This document shows positions 17,258-26,357 of a DNA stretch of 54,059 nt, in pieces; the first letter of the stretch is position 1; every line of letters starts with the position of its first letter. Source of the DNA: an uncultured Rhodothermales bacterium (GTDB lineage Bacteria; Bacteroidota; Rhodothermia; Rhodothermales; UBA10348); NCBI GenBank assembly GCA_964527795.1, contig CAZGOS010000002.1, positions 1-54,059 on the forward strand. Reading direction: 5' to 3'. Below the pieces are notes generated by a model that was not told where the DNA came from, did not search any database, and saw only the letters and a program-made list of their open reading frames with translations. The translations under genes were made by a program, and so were the position numbers.

Positions 17258-19171
17258 TTAGTGGCCCGACTCGAACACGATCGATACGCGCACGTGCCGG
17301 GGCGGCATTGGATAGAAACGAATGGATTCATTGGGCTGGTCGGCGGCGTTCTCAACCGCAACAACAAAACGAAGCGCGCCCGTGGCAAGCGGCTCAGTTG
17401 CTCTGAGTCGAACCGTTACGTCGCGACCCGCACGAAGGAACTGCGTCTCGTCGGACGTAACGAACTGTTTCCCGGTCAGCGAGAAAATGACGTCGACGCC
17501 AAACCGATCAGATCCTGCAGAGATGAGGGATTTGAATACATGCATTGGCACGTATCGCAATTGATTCCCGTAGGAGCGGGTATCACGATCCGAGCGGTCC
17601 TCCACACGGCTGAACGTGTGCACGACGCGACCGAGAAGTGAGTATGAATTCCCGATGGAATGACGAACAGTAAGGCTCGTTTCGATTCCCCTTCCCGATG
17701 TACGGCCAATGTTATCGGGAGTCCACGTCTGTATGGATGGCCCGGCCAGTCCGGGCCGCCACACGATCTTATCCCTCAATTCGCTTACAAAGAGAACCGT
17801 CTCAAACGATGCTTCGAACGTGCGACCTCCTTTTTGAAGCGAGATCCCAAAATCGGCGGACCATCCGATTTCGGATTTCAAATTCGGATTACCGCCGGGA
17901 ATCCAGTAACGCTCGTTGAATGTGGGAGCGCGAAACACACGGGCTATGCTGCTTCGGATCGTAAGATTCTTTTGACGAAACGGTTGAAAACGCGCTGATA
18001 TCGAAGGAAGCAAACCGAATTGTTTGTCCTCGCGGGTCCGATATGCAGCAACAGCCAGACTCGGCGTTACGGATATGTGCGATGCGGACCGGCCGGCTGA
18101 AACTCGAGAGGCAATTCGAAACTGTTTTTGACCGTTGCGAAGATCCGTTCGATCGATTCCGATCGTGCTGCTGTGTTCAATCCACCACTTGAGCGACAAA
18201 GCGTGACGACCGTTGCTGCGAACGTCGAGCGTCTCAGTCTGAAAACGGTCGTGTGTGTCCTGAGCCGCCTGGAGATAGTGCAGAGAACTCCTCACGTACG
18301 ACAACCCCAATCGAAGGCTTCCTCCGTGCACCGCCATCTGCTTTCCACCCCAGATACGAGACGAACGATCCTTTTGTCGCGCCCAGATCGGTTCTGCATT
18401 GGCCGGACCTGGTATTCCTCGCCGTCCGTCACTGAGCCAGACCGCCCAGAACCAATTTCCTGTCTCCGTTTCACCTTCGACCCGGGCATAGAGGTTTCGT
18501 GTCGACCGGTCCGCTCCCCGGCGATGTCGCACGGCCCGTTGCACATTTGAAGGGTCCACGTATGGAAAGTCGCTATCGAATTTTGACCCGTCTATGGCAA
18601 CCAGGGTGCGTAATCCGCGCCATGGCAGTGAAACGGATGCGCCCAGCTGTCGCCGCCCGTACGCACCCACCGTACTGTTGATGCGGTAACCCGCTTCAGA
18701 GGACGGACGAATTCCTCTCAGACTGATCAATCCCCCCAGTGCGTTGTGTCCGGACTCGGAGAACGCTGCACCGTGACCGATCGAAATCGACTGAACAAAT
18801 GTAACGGGAAGAGTTGTCAGATCTATTTGGCCTGACTGAGGATCCATCAGGCGAAAACCGTCAAGGAGAATCTGCGTGTGCGTACTACCCGCACCCCTGA
18901 GTGAGCCGGTCGCCAGACCCGACGGGCCTCTTCGGGATACGAAAAGAAAACTCTCGGCATACAGGAGATCTGCGACCGACTCACCGGAGCGAAACGCCAG
19001 ACGCTCGTCAGAAAGTCGGCTGATGTGAAGCGATCGATCCACTTCGCGAAGGGCAAGAGAATCTATAATAACGATCTCGTCGAGAACGAAAGTCGTGTCG
19101 CTTTCAACCTGAGCACGGACAGTACACGCCAGAAAGGCGAAGATCAAGTACGAAACTGCCTTTTTAAACAT
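17258..19171 (-). CDS. btuB: TonB-dependent receptor, cobalamin-riboswitch controlled (BtuB-like)
   Basis: Signal peptide MFKKAVSYLIFAFLACTVRAQ from the ATG at 19171, a plug domain (...LYAESFLFVSRRGPSGLATGSLRGAGSTHTQILLDGFRL...) and a barrel ending ...RVSIVFESGH. A cobalamin riboswitch lies in its leader. Confidence 0.8.
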   Translation of the reverse strand: MFKKAVSYLIFAFLACTVRAQVESDTTFVLDEIVIIDSLALREVDRSLHISRLSDERLAFRSGESVADLLYAESFLFVSRRGPSGLATGSLRGAGSTHTQILLDGFRLMDPQSGQIDLTTLPVTFVQSISIGHGAAFSESGHNALGGLISLRGIRPSSEAGYRINSTVGAYGRRQLGASVSLPWRGLRTLVAIDGSKFDSDFPYVDPSNVQRAVRHRRGADRSTRNLYARVEGETETGNWFWAVWLSDGRRGIPGPANAEPIWARQKDRSSRIWGGKQMAVHGGSLRLGLSYVRSSLHYLQAAQDTHDRFQTETLDVRSNGRHALSLKWWIEHSSTIGIDRTDLRNGQKQFRIASRVSAGRSASHISVTPSLAVAAYRTREDKQFGLLPSISARFQPFRQKNLTIRSSIARVFRAPTFNERYWIPGGNPNLKSEIGWSADFGISLQKGGRTFEASFETVLFVSELRDKIVWRPGLAGPSIQTWTPDNIGRTSGRGIETSLTVRHSIGNSYSLLGRVVHTFSRVEDRSDRDTRSYGNQLRYVPMHVFKSLISAGSDRFGVDVIFSLTGKQFVTSDETQFLRAGRDVTVRLRATEPLATGALRFVVAVENAADQPNESIRFYPMPPRHVRVSIVFESGH

Positions 19172-19294
19172 AAAAAGCCTGAACCTCTTAATGAGGCACA
19201 GGCCAGGTACGTTGGAGCGACGCCTTGAAACTGCGGCATGATCGCTCGTCGGAACCGCAACATGCACCTCTTTTCCCGGAGGTAATGGTCACGA

Positions 19295-19530
19295 ACGACT
19301 CCAGGCAGGTATCCTGGCTCACAACGGTGAATGCATGACGCATTCTACGACCACAGACTCCAATATTGCCTTCCGATCCCATTATGGACCGTGGCTCCAT
19401 CTTCTTAATCTGTGTGCGTCCGTTGTTTACAGTTGCGGGAACAGCGCCGGCTTTTGCCCTTCGTCTTTCCGTCTTCTTTCCGGACTACCTGTGGCCAAAC
19501 CACGTGGAAAAAGGACCGACTTCCCTGCAA
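19295..19530 (-). promoter_or_regulatory. cobalamin (B12) riboswitch in the btuB-like leader
   Basis: The minus-strand reading contains GCGCUGUUCCCGCAACUGUAAACAACGGA (conserved CCCGC-ACUGUAA core, plus coordinates about 19425-19455). It also contains GAGCCACGGUCCAUAAUGGGAUCGGAAGGC (GCCAC...GGGA...GAAGGC, 19368-19398) and the B12 box GAGCCAGGAUACCUGCC (19304-19320). The 5' boundary is uncertain; an AGGGAA lies at about 19519-19524. Confidence 0.8.
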
Positions 19531-19706
19531 ACCGCTTCGGAGAGCGGTCTTCTCTGGAGAGCGTATGTAAAAGAACATCGGAAGGTAGACTGCGCTACTC
19601 TCGCATTCAAGAACCGCCAGGAAACCACAGCGTTTAGCCCGGCGGAATCCTGTTTCGACTGTTACCTTGGTCGACAGGATTGCGGCCTTTTTCGAGTGCC
19701 TGTGAC

Positions 19707-19754
19707 AACGCTTTTCACAACGTTGGTCAAAACGTTGGTCAAAACGCCGTTCAC
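19707..19754. repeat. four phased 12-mers AACG-N4-TCA(C/A); the middle two are identical
   Basis: aacgcttttcac|aacgttggtcaa|aacgttggtcaa|aacgccgttcac. Coordinates verified against track ORF 19366..19953 (TTLFTTLVKTLVKTPFT). It lies in the spacer between the riboswitch promoter side and the tolC-like start. Confidence 0.85.
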
Positions 19755-19807
19755 AGTCTTTCTCATAATCTTTCTCACTTTCTTACTCAAAATGCAATCG
19801 ACTCGCC

Positions 19808-21232
19808 ATGGATATTCGCCCGCGTTTCGTACGATTATGCCTCATCGGAATCTCTCTAGTGTGCTTCTGTCAAGTCTCCCGGGCACAATCGCCGTCGTCG
19901 TACGCAGACACTGTTCTCGTCACTCTGGAATCTGCCGTTCAACGAGCGCTTGATATCAGCCCAGAAATCGGCGCTGTCGGAGCCGAACGCGACTACGCTG
20001 CAGCACGTTGGAGATTTGCGAAGGCCTTCCGTTACCTCCCGGAATTTGAGCTTGTCTCTGCCCACTCTTTGTCGCCGGGACTGAAAAATGATGAAGGCAT
20101 ACCCAGAGACGAGTTGTACCTGTATCCGGACGTTCGAAACGACTGGAATCGACTATTGCCGTTCAGTCGCGTCGACATTGAATTGGTACAACCGATCTAC
20201 ACATGGGGAGAACTCAGTGGCAATATCCGTGCGGCGGAGCACGGCATCGCCATAGAAAACTCGGCCATGCGTTCCAAAGCACTCGAAGTCGCGGCCCGAA
20301 CGGGCGAAATCTATTACGGCCTTCTATTGGCCGACGCGCTCTATCGACTTGCAGAGGATGCGAGTGACATTGTAGGCCGCGCAATCGATGAGATAGAGAC
20401 GCAGCTGGATGAAGGAGCTACCGAAGTCGATGACGCAGACCTTTTCCAGGTTCAGATCACTGAACAGGAAGTCAACCGTCGTGTAGTCGAGGTGGAACAG
20501 AAACGATACACGACGCGATCCGCTCTGGCGAGACAGATGCTGCTGCCCGATGGCACGGTGCCGGATATTGGAAACCGAATCTTGACTGCAGTTCCGTTTG
20601 AGCTTCAGGACTTGTCATATTACCAGGAGCTGGCGATGATCAACCGCCCTGAGATTGCGCAGGCCGACGCTGGTCTCGCCGCTCGAACGGCCCTGGTCGG
20701 TGTAGCTCGATCAGATTATTATCCGAAGCTTTTTGCGGCTGCAAACACCAGGTACTCGTTCGCACTGGAACGATCCCGCAATCGCAACCCGTACGTGGGC
20801 GATGCGTTCCTTTCACGAGGCATGGAGGCAGGTTTCGGATTTCGCCAGAAGCTGAATTTCGGCCAGACACGTGCAAAAGTCGAGCAGGCCAAATCAGAAG
20901 TGGTCCAGGTTCGTTTCCTGGGAGAGGCGGCGCGTCAATTGATCCTTTTTGAGGTCGAAGATGCGTTCCGCAACGTGATCATCGCACGCTCGGCCGTAGA
21001 TACCGAGGCCGAAGCACTTCGCATCAGCAAGAATTGGCTCAGGAATGAAGAGATAAACTTTGACCTCGATCTGGGTGATACGGAGAATCTCGTTCGCGCC
21101 GTAAAGTCCAATCTGGAACGGCAGGCGGCGAGTCACCAGGCCATATACGACTACAACGTAGCCGTTCTAAAGCTTCTCGAAACGAGCGGGATACTAACGA
21201 AAACGCTTCAGAGCGGCACGTTTGTTGAATAA
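19808..21232 (+). CDS. TolC-family outer-membrane efflux protein
   Basis: Signal peptide MDIRPRFVRLCLIGISLVCFCQVSRAQ, then the typical OEP start ...LTLESAVQRALDISPEIGAVGAERDYAAARW... and two long coiled repeat halves. Confidence 0.8.
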   Translation: MDIRPRFVRLCLIGISLVCFCQVSRAQSPSSYADTVLVTLESAVQRALDISPEIGAVGAERDYAAARWRFAKAFRYLPEFELVSAHSLSPGLKNDEGIPRDELYLYPDVRNDWNRLLPFSRVDIELVQPIYTWGELSGNIRAAEHGIAIENSAMRSKALEVAARTGEIYYGLLLADALYRLAEDASDIVGRAIDEIETQLDEGATEVDDADLFQVQITEQEVNRRVVEVEQKRYTTRSALARQMLLPDGTVPDIGNRILTAVPFELQDLSYYQELAMINRPEIAQADAGLAARTALVGVARSDYYPKLFAAANTRYSFALERSRNRNPYVGDAFLSRGMEAGFGFRQKLNFGQTRAKVEQAKSEVVQVRFLGEAARQLILFEVEDAFRNVIIARSAVDTEAEALRISKNWLRNEEINFDLDLGDTENLVRAVKSNLERQAASHQAIYDYNVAVLKLLETSGILTKTLQSGTFVE

Positions 21233-21301
21233 TTACACGCGTAGAGATACTACCGCGTATAGAATCGTACCAGACCAACCGCAGAGTCCGGACTGTCTGA
21301 A

Positions 21302-21916
21302 ATGATGAACAGCACCTGTAGACACATTTTCCTCGTCTTAATAGGCGTTCTCGCCTTGTCGGCGCCGGCCTCCGCCCAACAGACGCAAGCTGATATACGG
21401 CAGATGCTTGAACAGCGAGACCGGGACATCAAAGCGCGCGTCGGAAGCGGAGATGAAATTTCAGATGAAAGAAAGGAAGAACTCCGCAGCGTCATCAACG
21501 ACGTCATTGATTTTCAGGCCATGGGCGAAGCGGCGCTGGGACGGCACTGGTCCCGACTTACCGCCGAACAGCAGGATGAATTTGTAGACACATTCTCGAA
21601 AATCATTCGATCGCAGTCCCTGGCCAGCCTCGATGTATACAGGTCCGAAGTGACGTACGATGAAATCACGGTAACGGGTGAGAACGCCCATGTTGTGACG
21701 ACAACCATTTTCAAGAACGTACCCACTAAAGTCGAATACGAACTCCATTACATTGGCGGCGCATGGATAGCGACCGATATCATTCTTGACGAGGTGAGCA
21801 CGGTTGGTGGCTATGCACGTTCGTTCCAGAGCGTCATTCGGAAGAAGGGATTCGACGAACTCATGATCAAGCTTTACAAGAAGCTCGAAGAGGTCGAATC
21901 TGCGCATCTCCCGTAG
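21302..21916 (+). CDS. MlaC/Ttg2D-family periplasmic lipid-binding protein
   Basis: Signal peptide ...ALSAPASAQ, then ...VIDFQAMGEAALGRHWSRLTAEQQDEFVDTFSKIIRSQSLASL...WIATDIILDEVSTVGGYARSFQSVI..., the characteristic toluene-tolerance Ttg2D pattern. Confidence 0.75.
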   Translation: MMNSTCRHIFLVLIGVLALSAPASAQQTQADIRQMLEQRDRDIKARVGSGDEISDERKEELRSVINDVIDFQAMGEAALGRHWSRLTAEQQDEFVDTFSKIIRSQSLASLDVYRSEVTYDEITVTGENAHVVTTTIFKNVPTKVEYELHYIGGAWIATDIILDEVSTVGGYARSFQSVIRKKGFDELMIKLYKKLEEVESAHLP

Positions 21917-22040
21917 TCAGCCGACTTTCCTGCAACCGGTCGGACCGTTATAGCCTGCTGCGTTGGTCCATTTCTCGAACCATAACGATCACCAGGCGTT
22001 CCTATTGGTTATATTGAAAACCAGTCAAACGTGAGGGGTT

Positions 22041-23039
22041 TTGGAAGGATACGTCCTGAATACATATGGAGATGAGCGGTATTTGCGTAATGCCGTAGCT
22101 TCCTCCCTCACAATCCGGCGATACGACTCGAAACGGCCAATTGCTTTATATGCCGACGAAGCGCAGATTAACCGTCTGCACCGGGCGGGACTTGACGACC
22201 TCTTTTCGCTAGTGGAGGTTCTGCCGGAAGCTCACCGATCCATCGTCGGATTCAAGCATCACATTTACCGATTTCATCCGTTTGATCGTTGCCTGTTCGT
22301 AGACTCGGACATGATCTGGTGTAAGAATCCGGGGCCTCTCTGGCGAATGCTTTCCGGATACACGTTTACGGTGACGGGTGCTGAAAAGGCGGACTTTTTC
22401 TTCGGCGGTCCGAAAAATCTGGCTGTTATTGCCGACTACCTGATGAACCGACGGTTGCGCACGATGAAGCGCTTCGATGTGACCTATCTGCCACGGGTTC
22501 AGGCGGGAATGATGTATTCAAGTGACGTTGAGACGTGCAGAGAAGTCTGCGTGGAAGCGCAGCAGTTTCTGGCGCAGCGTCGGGTTACACATTTCAGAAG
22601 CCGGCTTAACGAGGGACGAAACGAAGAGAGTTGCGAATGGAGCCTTGCGCTCGCCATGAGCAGACTACAATTGCCCGTCTTTCCGTGGCACCAGGGCCAG
22701 AATACGCCACAGATGGATTATATCGAAGACTTCATCCGATACGACCAGGATTTCTGTCAGGTGTCGTGTAAATACTTTGTCGATCCGACAGTCAACCGGT
22801 TGAGAGAATTGCCGCACCGTTTTCCGAGAGATTTCGGGATCTGGCTCTCCACCCGGCTACCCGGTCGGGGTGACTACATGTGGGTCACGCCGTTTGCACT
22901 GCACTTCGGGTGGCTTCGGTACAAGGGTGTTCTGGAGAGCTTTGCGACCCGACTGTGGGAAAAGGCCATCTCAGAAAGACCCGGGGCAAAGGGCGTCGTC
23001 GAAGCGTCGATTGCATCCGAGCAGCACGTTCAAGGCTGA
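22041..23039 (+). CDS. hypothetical protein, GT8/glycogenin-like nucleotide-sugar transferase fold (tentative)
   Basis: YVLNTYGDERYLRNAVASSLTIRRYDSKRPIALYADE... and CLFVDSDMIWCKNPGPLW (DxD) resemble GT8 N-terminal and DxD regions. TTG start preceded by GAGGGG. Confidence 0.45.
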   Translation: MEGYVLNTYGDERYLRNAVASSLTIRRYDSKRPIALYADEAQINRLHRAGLDDLFSLVEVLPEAHRSIVGFKHHIYRFHPFDRCLFVDSDMIWCKNPGPLWRMLSGYTFTVTGAEKADFFFGGPKNLAVIADYLMNRRLRTMKRFDVTYLPRVQAGMMYSSDVETCREVCVEAQQFLAQRRVTHFRSRLNEGRNEESCEWSLALAMSRLQLPVFPWHQGQNTPQMDYIEDFIRYDQDFCQVSCKYFVDPTVNRLRELPHRFPRDFGIWLSTRLPGRGDYMWVTPFALHFGWLRYKGVLESFATRLWEKAISERPGAKGVVEASIASEQHVQG

Positions 23040-23112
23040 TGAGCCGGGGATCCGATTCATCCGAATGTTAAATTCTCGGTCGGGATCCCATGTCCCTTCG
23101 CTGCAAAATGCC

Positions 23113-24750
23113 CTACCCCCTCGTAGCGAGGTGCCAGAAATAGGCCGCCTGATCTCCCTCTGCAATCAGAAGAGCAAGAACGGCCAGAATGATCACACAT
23201 ACAGGACTCAGTAGCCATACTACACCGGCCACCGCCGGACTGCAGTCCGTGATTTTCATGAGGTCGTACGTCGTACGAATCGATCCCCATAATGCGGTCC
23301 CAATCCAGAGTGGCAGTAGCACACCCATCCAGGTAAGTGCCGTTTCCGGAGACAACGTATGGATGGACATAGCCATTGGGAGCAACAGCAGTAGCTGCCA
23401 TCGTGGCCAAACACCGAGCATGAGTGCCTGACTGGGCAACAGAGGAGCTTTCCTGGATGCAACGATCATCCAGACACCCATCCAGGCGGATATTGCCAGC
23501 AAGGCTATGCTTCCCAGAAGAAAGACGGAAAGTAGTGGATCTGTAAGCATGGCTACAATCACGGACTGCGTTTGAATCGGTTGTAGTCCAACAACGTGTT
23601 TGATGGGCGCCGTGTCGTGCAGCGTCAGAAAGACCTGGGTGCCGATCAAACCGACGGCTAATCCCATTGCCGTGAGCAGAGCCGTGCTGACAATGGGCAG
23701 CACTTCCCGGGCTTCTCGCACAGCGTTCCTGAAAAAGCCGTGTGCAATAAAATAGCGAGGCACCATGTAACGGAATCGTGGTGATGACGCGTACAACACG
23801 GCTACGGTTACAATCAGAATCCAACCCAGAATGACGAACCACGGTAGAGATTTCGCCGGTCTTGTCGCCGCGGGAAAAGCAAAGACGTTTTGGCCTGTTG
23901 TCAGGTATGCGGACAGCACATTGAGAGCAGGACGAGGCTGACGATCCGGGTCGCGCAAACCGTAACGACGACCATAAACGTCCCTGACGGATTCCTCTGC
24001 ATCTCTTCGTCCGGCCTGGTCGCGCCAACGGTGTACGAAGGTCACAGGAGGCCGGGCCATTTGGTCAAGCTCGGCAATGGTTCGCTCCAGTGACCGAGCC
24101 TGTTCTTCCATGGAATGGGGGGAGCCTAAACCGATGCTTGCAGAGTCGATCCACCAGCCAACCGATGCCAGACCCGCCGGTGTGGCACCCAATTGTAACC
24201 ATCTGGCAACGAGTTCTACCGGATCAGAATTGTCAAGTGCATCGATGAGCACGAAATCGACGGTTTCCGAGCAAACGTCCCGTTCGACAAACGAGCCCAC
24301 GTAATAGAACTCCTGATCATCTGGAACGCGCGCACCCTTTCGCACTTCGGAGAAGTACGTACATGCATTCGGATTACTTACATCCGCATTAGTCGCAAGG
24401 CCAATAGGTCCGGCAGAAGAAAAACCCTGGCCGGCCCTGAGTAATTCGTCGAGGAGATTCCCGGCGTAGAGCGTCGAGTCAACCAGTTTCCCCGCCGGAT
24501 AATGCAGAAGCGGAAGTTCACGAAAGAGTACAATGCCCAGAGAATCGGCCATAGCCAGAATTGCCGGATCTCGAACGGGGCCGGTGCGAACGACGCGAAT
24601 GCCGGCAGCGCGCATGTCTTCAAGATCTGCAGTTGCCAGAATGGAACTTTCAGGAGCCATCCAGACAACGCCGAGCCGAGACTCCCGCCACGAGCCGAGC
24701 GGTTGAGCGACGACCTGCGTCGAAAACAGCAGAACAAGAAAGAGTCTCAT
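23113..24750 (-). CDS. membrane protein: secreted glycoside-hydrolase-like (TIM-barrel-like) N-domain fused to a polytopic C-terminal membrane domain
   Basis: Signal peptide MRLFLVLLFSTQVVAQ (ATG at 24750). ...DMRAAGIRVVRTGPVRDPAILAMADSLGIVLFRELPL... resembles GH catalytic-domain beta/alpha units. The C-terminal roughly 250 aa contain about 6 hydrophobic helices. Function unknown. Confidence 0.55.
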   Translation of the reverse strand: MRLFLVLLFSTQVVAQPLGSWRESRLGVVWMAPESSILATADLEDMRAAGIRVVRTGPVRDPAILAMADSLGIVLFRELPLLHYPAGKLVDSTLYAGNLLDELLRAGQGFSSAGPIGLATNADVSNPNACTYFSEVRKGARVPDDQEFYYVGSFVERDVCSETVDFVLIDALDNSDPVELVARWLQLGATPAGLASVGWWIDSASIGLGSPHSMEEQARSLERTIAELDQMARPPVTFVHRWRDQAGRRDAEESVRDVYGRRYGLRDPDRQPRPALNVLSAYLTTGQNVFAFPAATRPAKSLPWFVILGWILIVTVAVLYASSPRFRYMVPRYFIAHGFFRNAVREAREVLPIVSTALLTAMGLAVGLIGTQVFLTLHDTAPIKHVVGLQPIQTQSVIVAMLTDPLLSVFLLGSIALLAISAWMGVWMIVASRKAPLLPSQALMLGVWPRWQLLLLLPMAMSIHTLSPETALTWMGVLLPLWIGTALWGSIRTTYDLMKITDCSPAVAGVVWLLSPVCVIILAVLALLIAEGDQAAYFWHLATRG

Positions 24751-24994
24751 GGAGTGGGTCAAGTTCTCAGAATCGTTCTATGCAATGTACGTTCCACTTC
24801 CATTAAGATGGATCAGCCATACATGGGTAAGCCGTACCCTGAAAGGCACGGCTTGCACCGTTCGAATCATCGCCCATCCTCCGACTCCCGCAACCGAATT
24901 GAACCGGACAGCACGCCGGCCTTGCTCATTGAACCGGAAACCAGGACTGGAGAACCCGGATTCCGGTAGTTGTGCGGTACGCCTAGAACACTTC

Positions 24995-25018
24995 CACTAT
25001 TGTTGAATTCCAATAGTG
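24995..25018 (-). terminator. hairpin just 3' of ftsZ (8-bp stem cactattg/caatagtg, 8-nt loop)
   Basis: Read directly. It starts 9 nt after the ftsZ stop. There is no U-tract, so it is a tentative terminator. Confidence 0.3.
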
Positions 25019-25026
25019 CGTACGAG

Positions 25027-26277
25027 TTAGTCCATCATTTTTCGAAGGAAAGCGGGCACATCGGTGTCACCTTTCAAAATGCGCTCCGTGTTCTGAATCT
25101 CTTCGGCGTTGAGACGCCGTACCCCGGGTTCATCATTCGCGCCGTCTCCTCCGACAGGTTCGGCAGTCACAGTTGCTTTGCGACGTTGGTATGCAGGGAT
25201 ATCCAGATTCTTGAGGTTCTCTTCTCCCTTGTAATCGGCGACCGGGATATCACCGCGCAGTTGCAGAGTGCGACGCCGGGCGGCGCCGTCCGTTTTCAGA
25301 TGTCGGTCAAATCCTGTTGCGATGACGGTGATGCGCAGGTCTCCTCCCATGTTCTCGTCGATCACGGTTCCAAATATGACTTCGACGTCGTCTCCTGCTT
25401 CTTTCTGAATGATGCCGGTAGCAGCGGTCGCCTCCCGGATTCCGAGCGATCGCCCGGCCGTGATATTGACCAGAACATTTTTCGCGCCGTGAATCGATAT
25501 TCCATCCAGAAGCGGGCTGCACAGAGCTTCCGTTGCTGCGCGTTCAGCGCGGTTTTCGCCACTCGCGGTCGCGGCGCCCATCAGCGCCGTTCCGCCGTTC
25601 GTCATCGTCGTGCGCACGTCCGCGAAGTCGAGGTTGATCAGGCCGTGAACCGTGATCAGGTCACTTATACCGCGCGTGGCGTTGTATAACACTTCATCGG
25701 CTTCGACAAAAGCGTCGACCAGTGTCGTCGTCGCCTCAGAGATATCGAGGAGCCGTTCGTTTGGAATGACGATCAGCGTGTCGATCTGCTCCTTAAGGTA
25801 CTCAACGCCTTTTGAGGCGATTTCCATGCGGCGTTTCCCTTCGCAGTCGAATGGTTTTGTGACGATGGCTACCGACAGAACGCCGAGTTGCTTGGCAATT
25901 TCAGCAACGATAGGTACGCCGCCCGTACCCGTTCCGCCGCCCATCCCCGCAGTTATGAATACCATGTCGAAACCCTGCAGGGCATCGATAATTTCGTCGC
26001 GGTTCTCTTCAACGGCTTCCGCACCAACACTCGGCTTTGCCCCGGCGCCGAGTCCCTTTGTCAGATTCTGTCCCGCTTGGATTTTGCTGGGCGCAAGATT
26101 GGCGACCAGCGCCTGGGCATCCGTATTGATGACCCAGAAATCTACACCCGAGATCCCTTTCTCAATCATGTTGTTAACGGCGTTTCCACCGCCGCCGCCA
26201 ACACCCACGACACAGATCTTTGCCTCCTCATTCAAGGCATCGTCGAATGTAAAGTTTGTACTAAATGAAGTCTCCAT
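25027..26277 (-). CDS. ftsZ: cell division protein FtsZ
   Basis: ICVVGVGGGGGNAVNNM, FITAGMGGGTGTG, NLDFADV, and the C-terminal DVPAFLRKMMD peptide. GGAGG lies 5 nt upstream of the ATG. Confidence 0.95.
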   Translation of the reverse strand: METSFSTNFTFDDALNEEAKICVVGVGGGGGNAVNNMIEKGISGVDFWVINTDAQALVANLAPSKIQAGQNLTKGLGAGAKPSVGAEAVEENRDEIIDALQGFDMVFITAGMGGGTGTGGVPIVAEIAKQLGVLSVAIVTKPFDCEGKRRMEIASKGVEYLKEQIDTLIVIPNERLLDISEATTTLVDAFVEADEVLYNATRGISDLITVHGLINLDFADVRTTMTNGGTALMGAATASGENRAERAATEALCSPLLDGISIHGAKNVLVNITAGRSLGIREATAATGIIQKEAGDDVEVIFGTVIDENMGGDLRITVIATGFDRHLKTDGAARRRTLQLRGDIPVADYKGEENLKNLDIPAYQRRKATVTAEPVGGDGANDEPGVRRLNAEEIQNTERILKGDTDVPAFLRKMMD

Positions 26278-26357
26278 TTGAACCTCCAGTCGTTCGTTAA
26301 GACTACGTCTTGATTCTGCTCTGGACTGAGCTTGTCCAGTGCGATTCTGTTTGCTGC

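Noticed and set aside
23057-24028. 323-aa minus-strand ORF overlapping the 23113..24750 gene in another frame
   Set aside because: Its Arg/Ser/Cys/Gly-rich composition looks off-frame, while the overlapping frame encodes a coherent signal peptide plus TM-helix protein.
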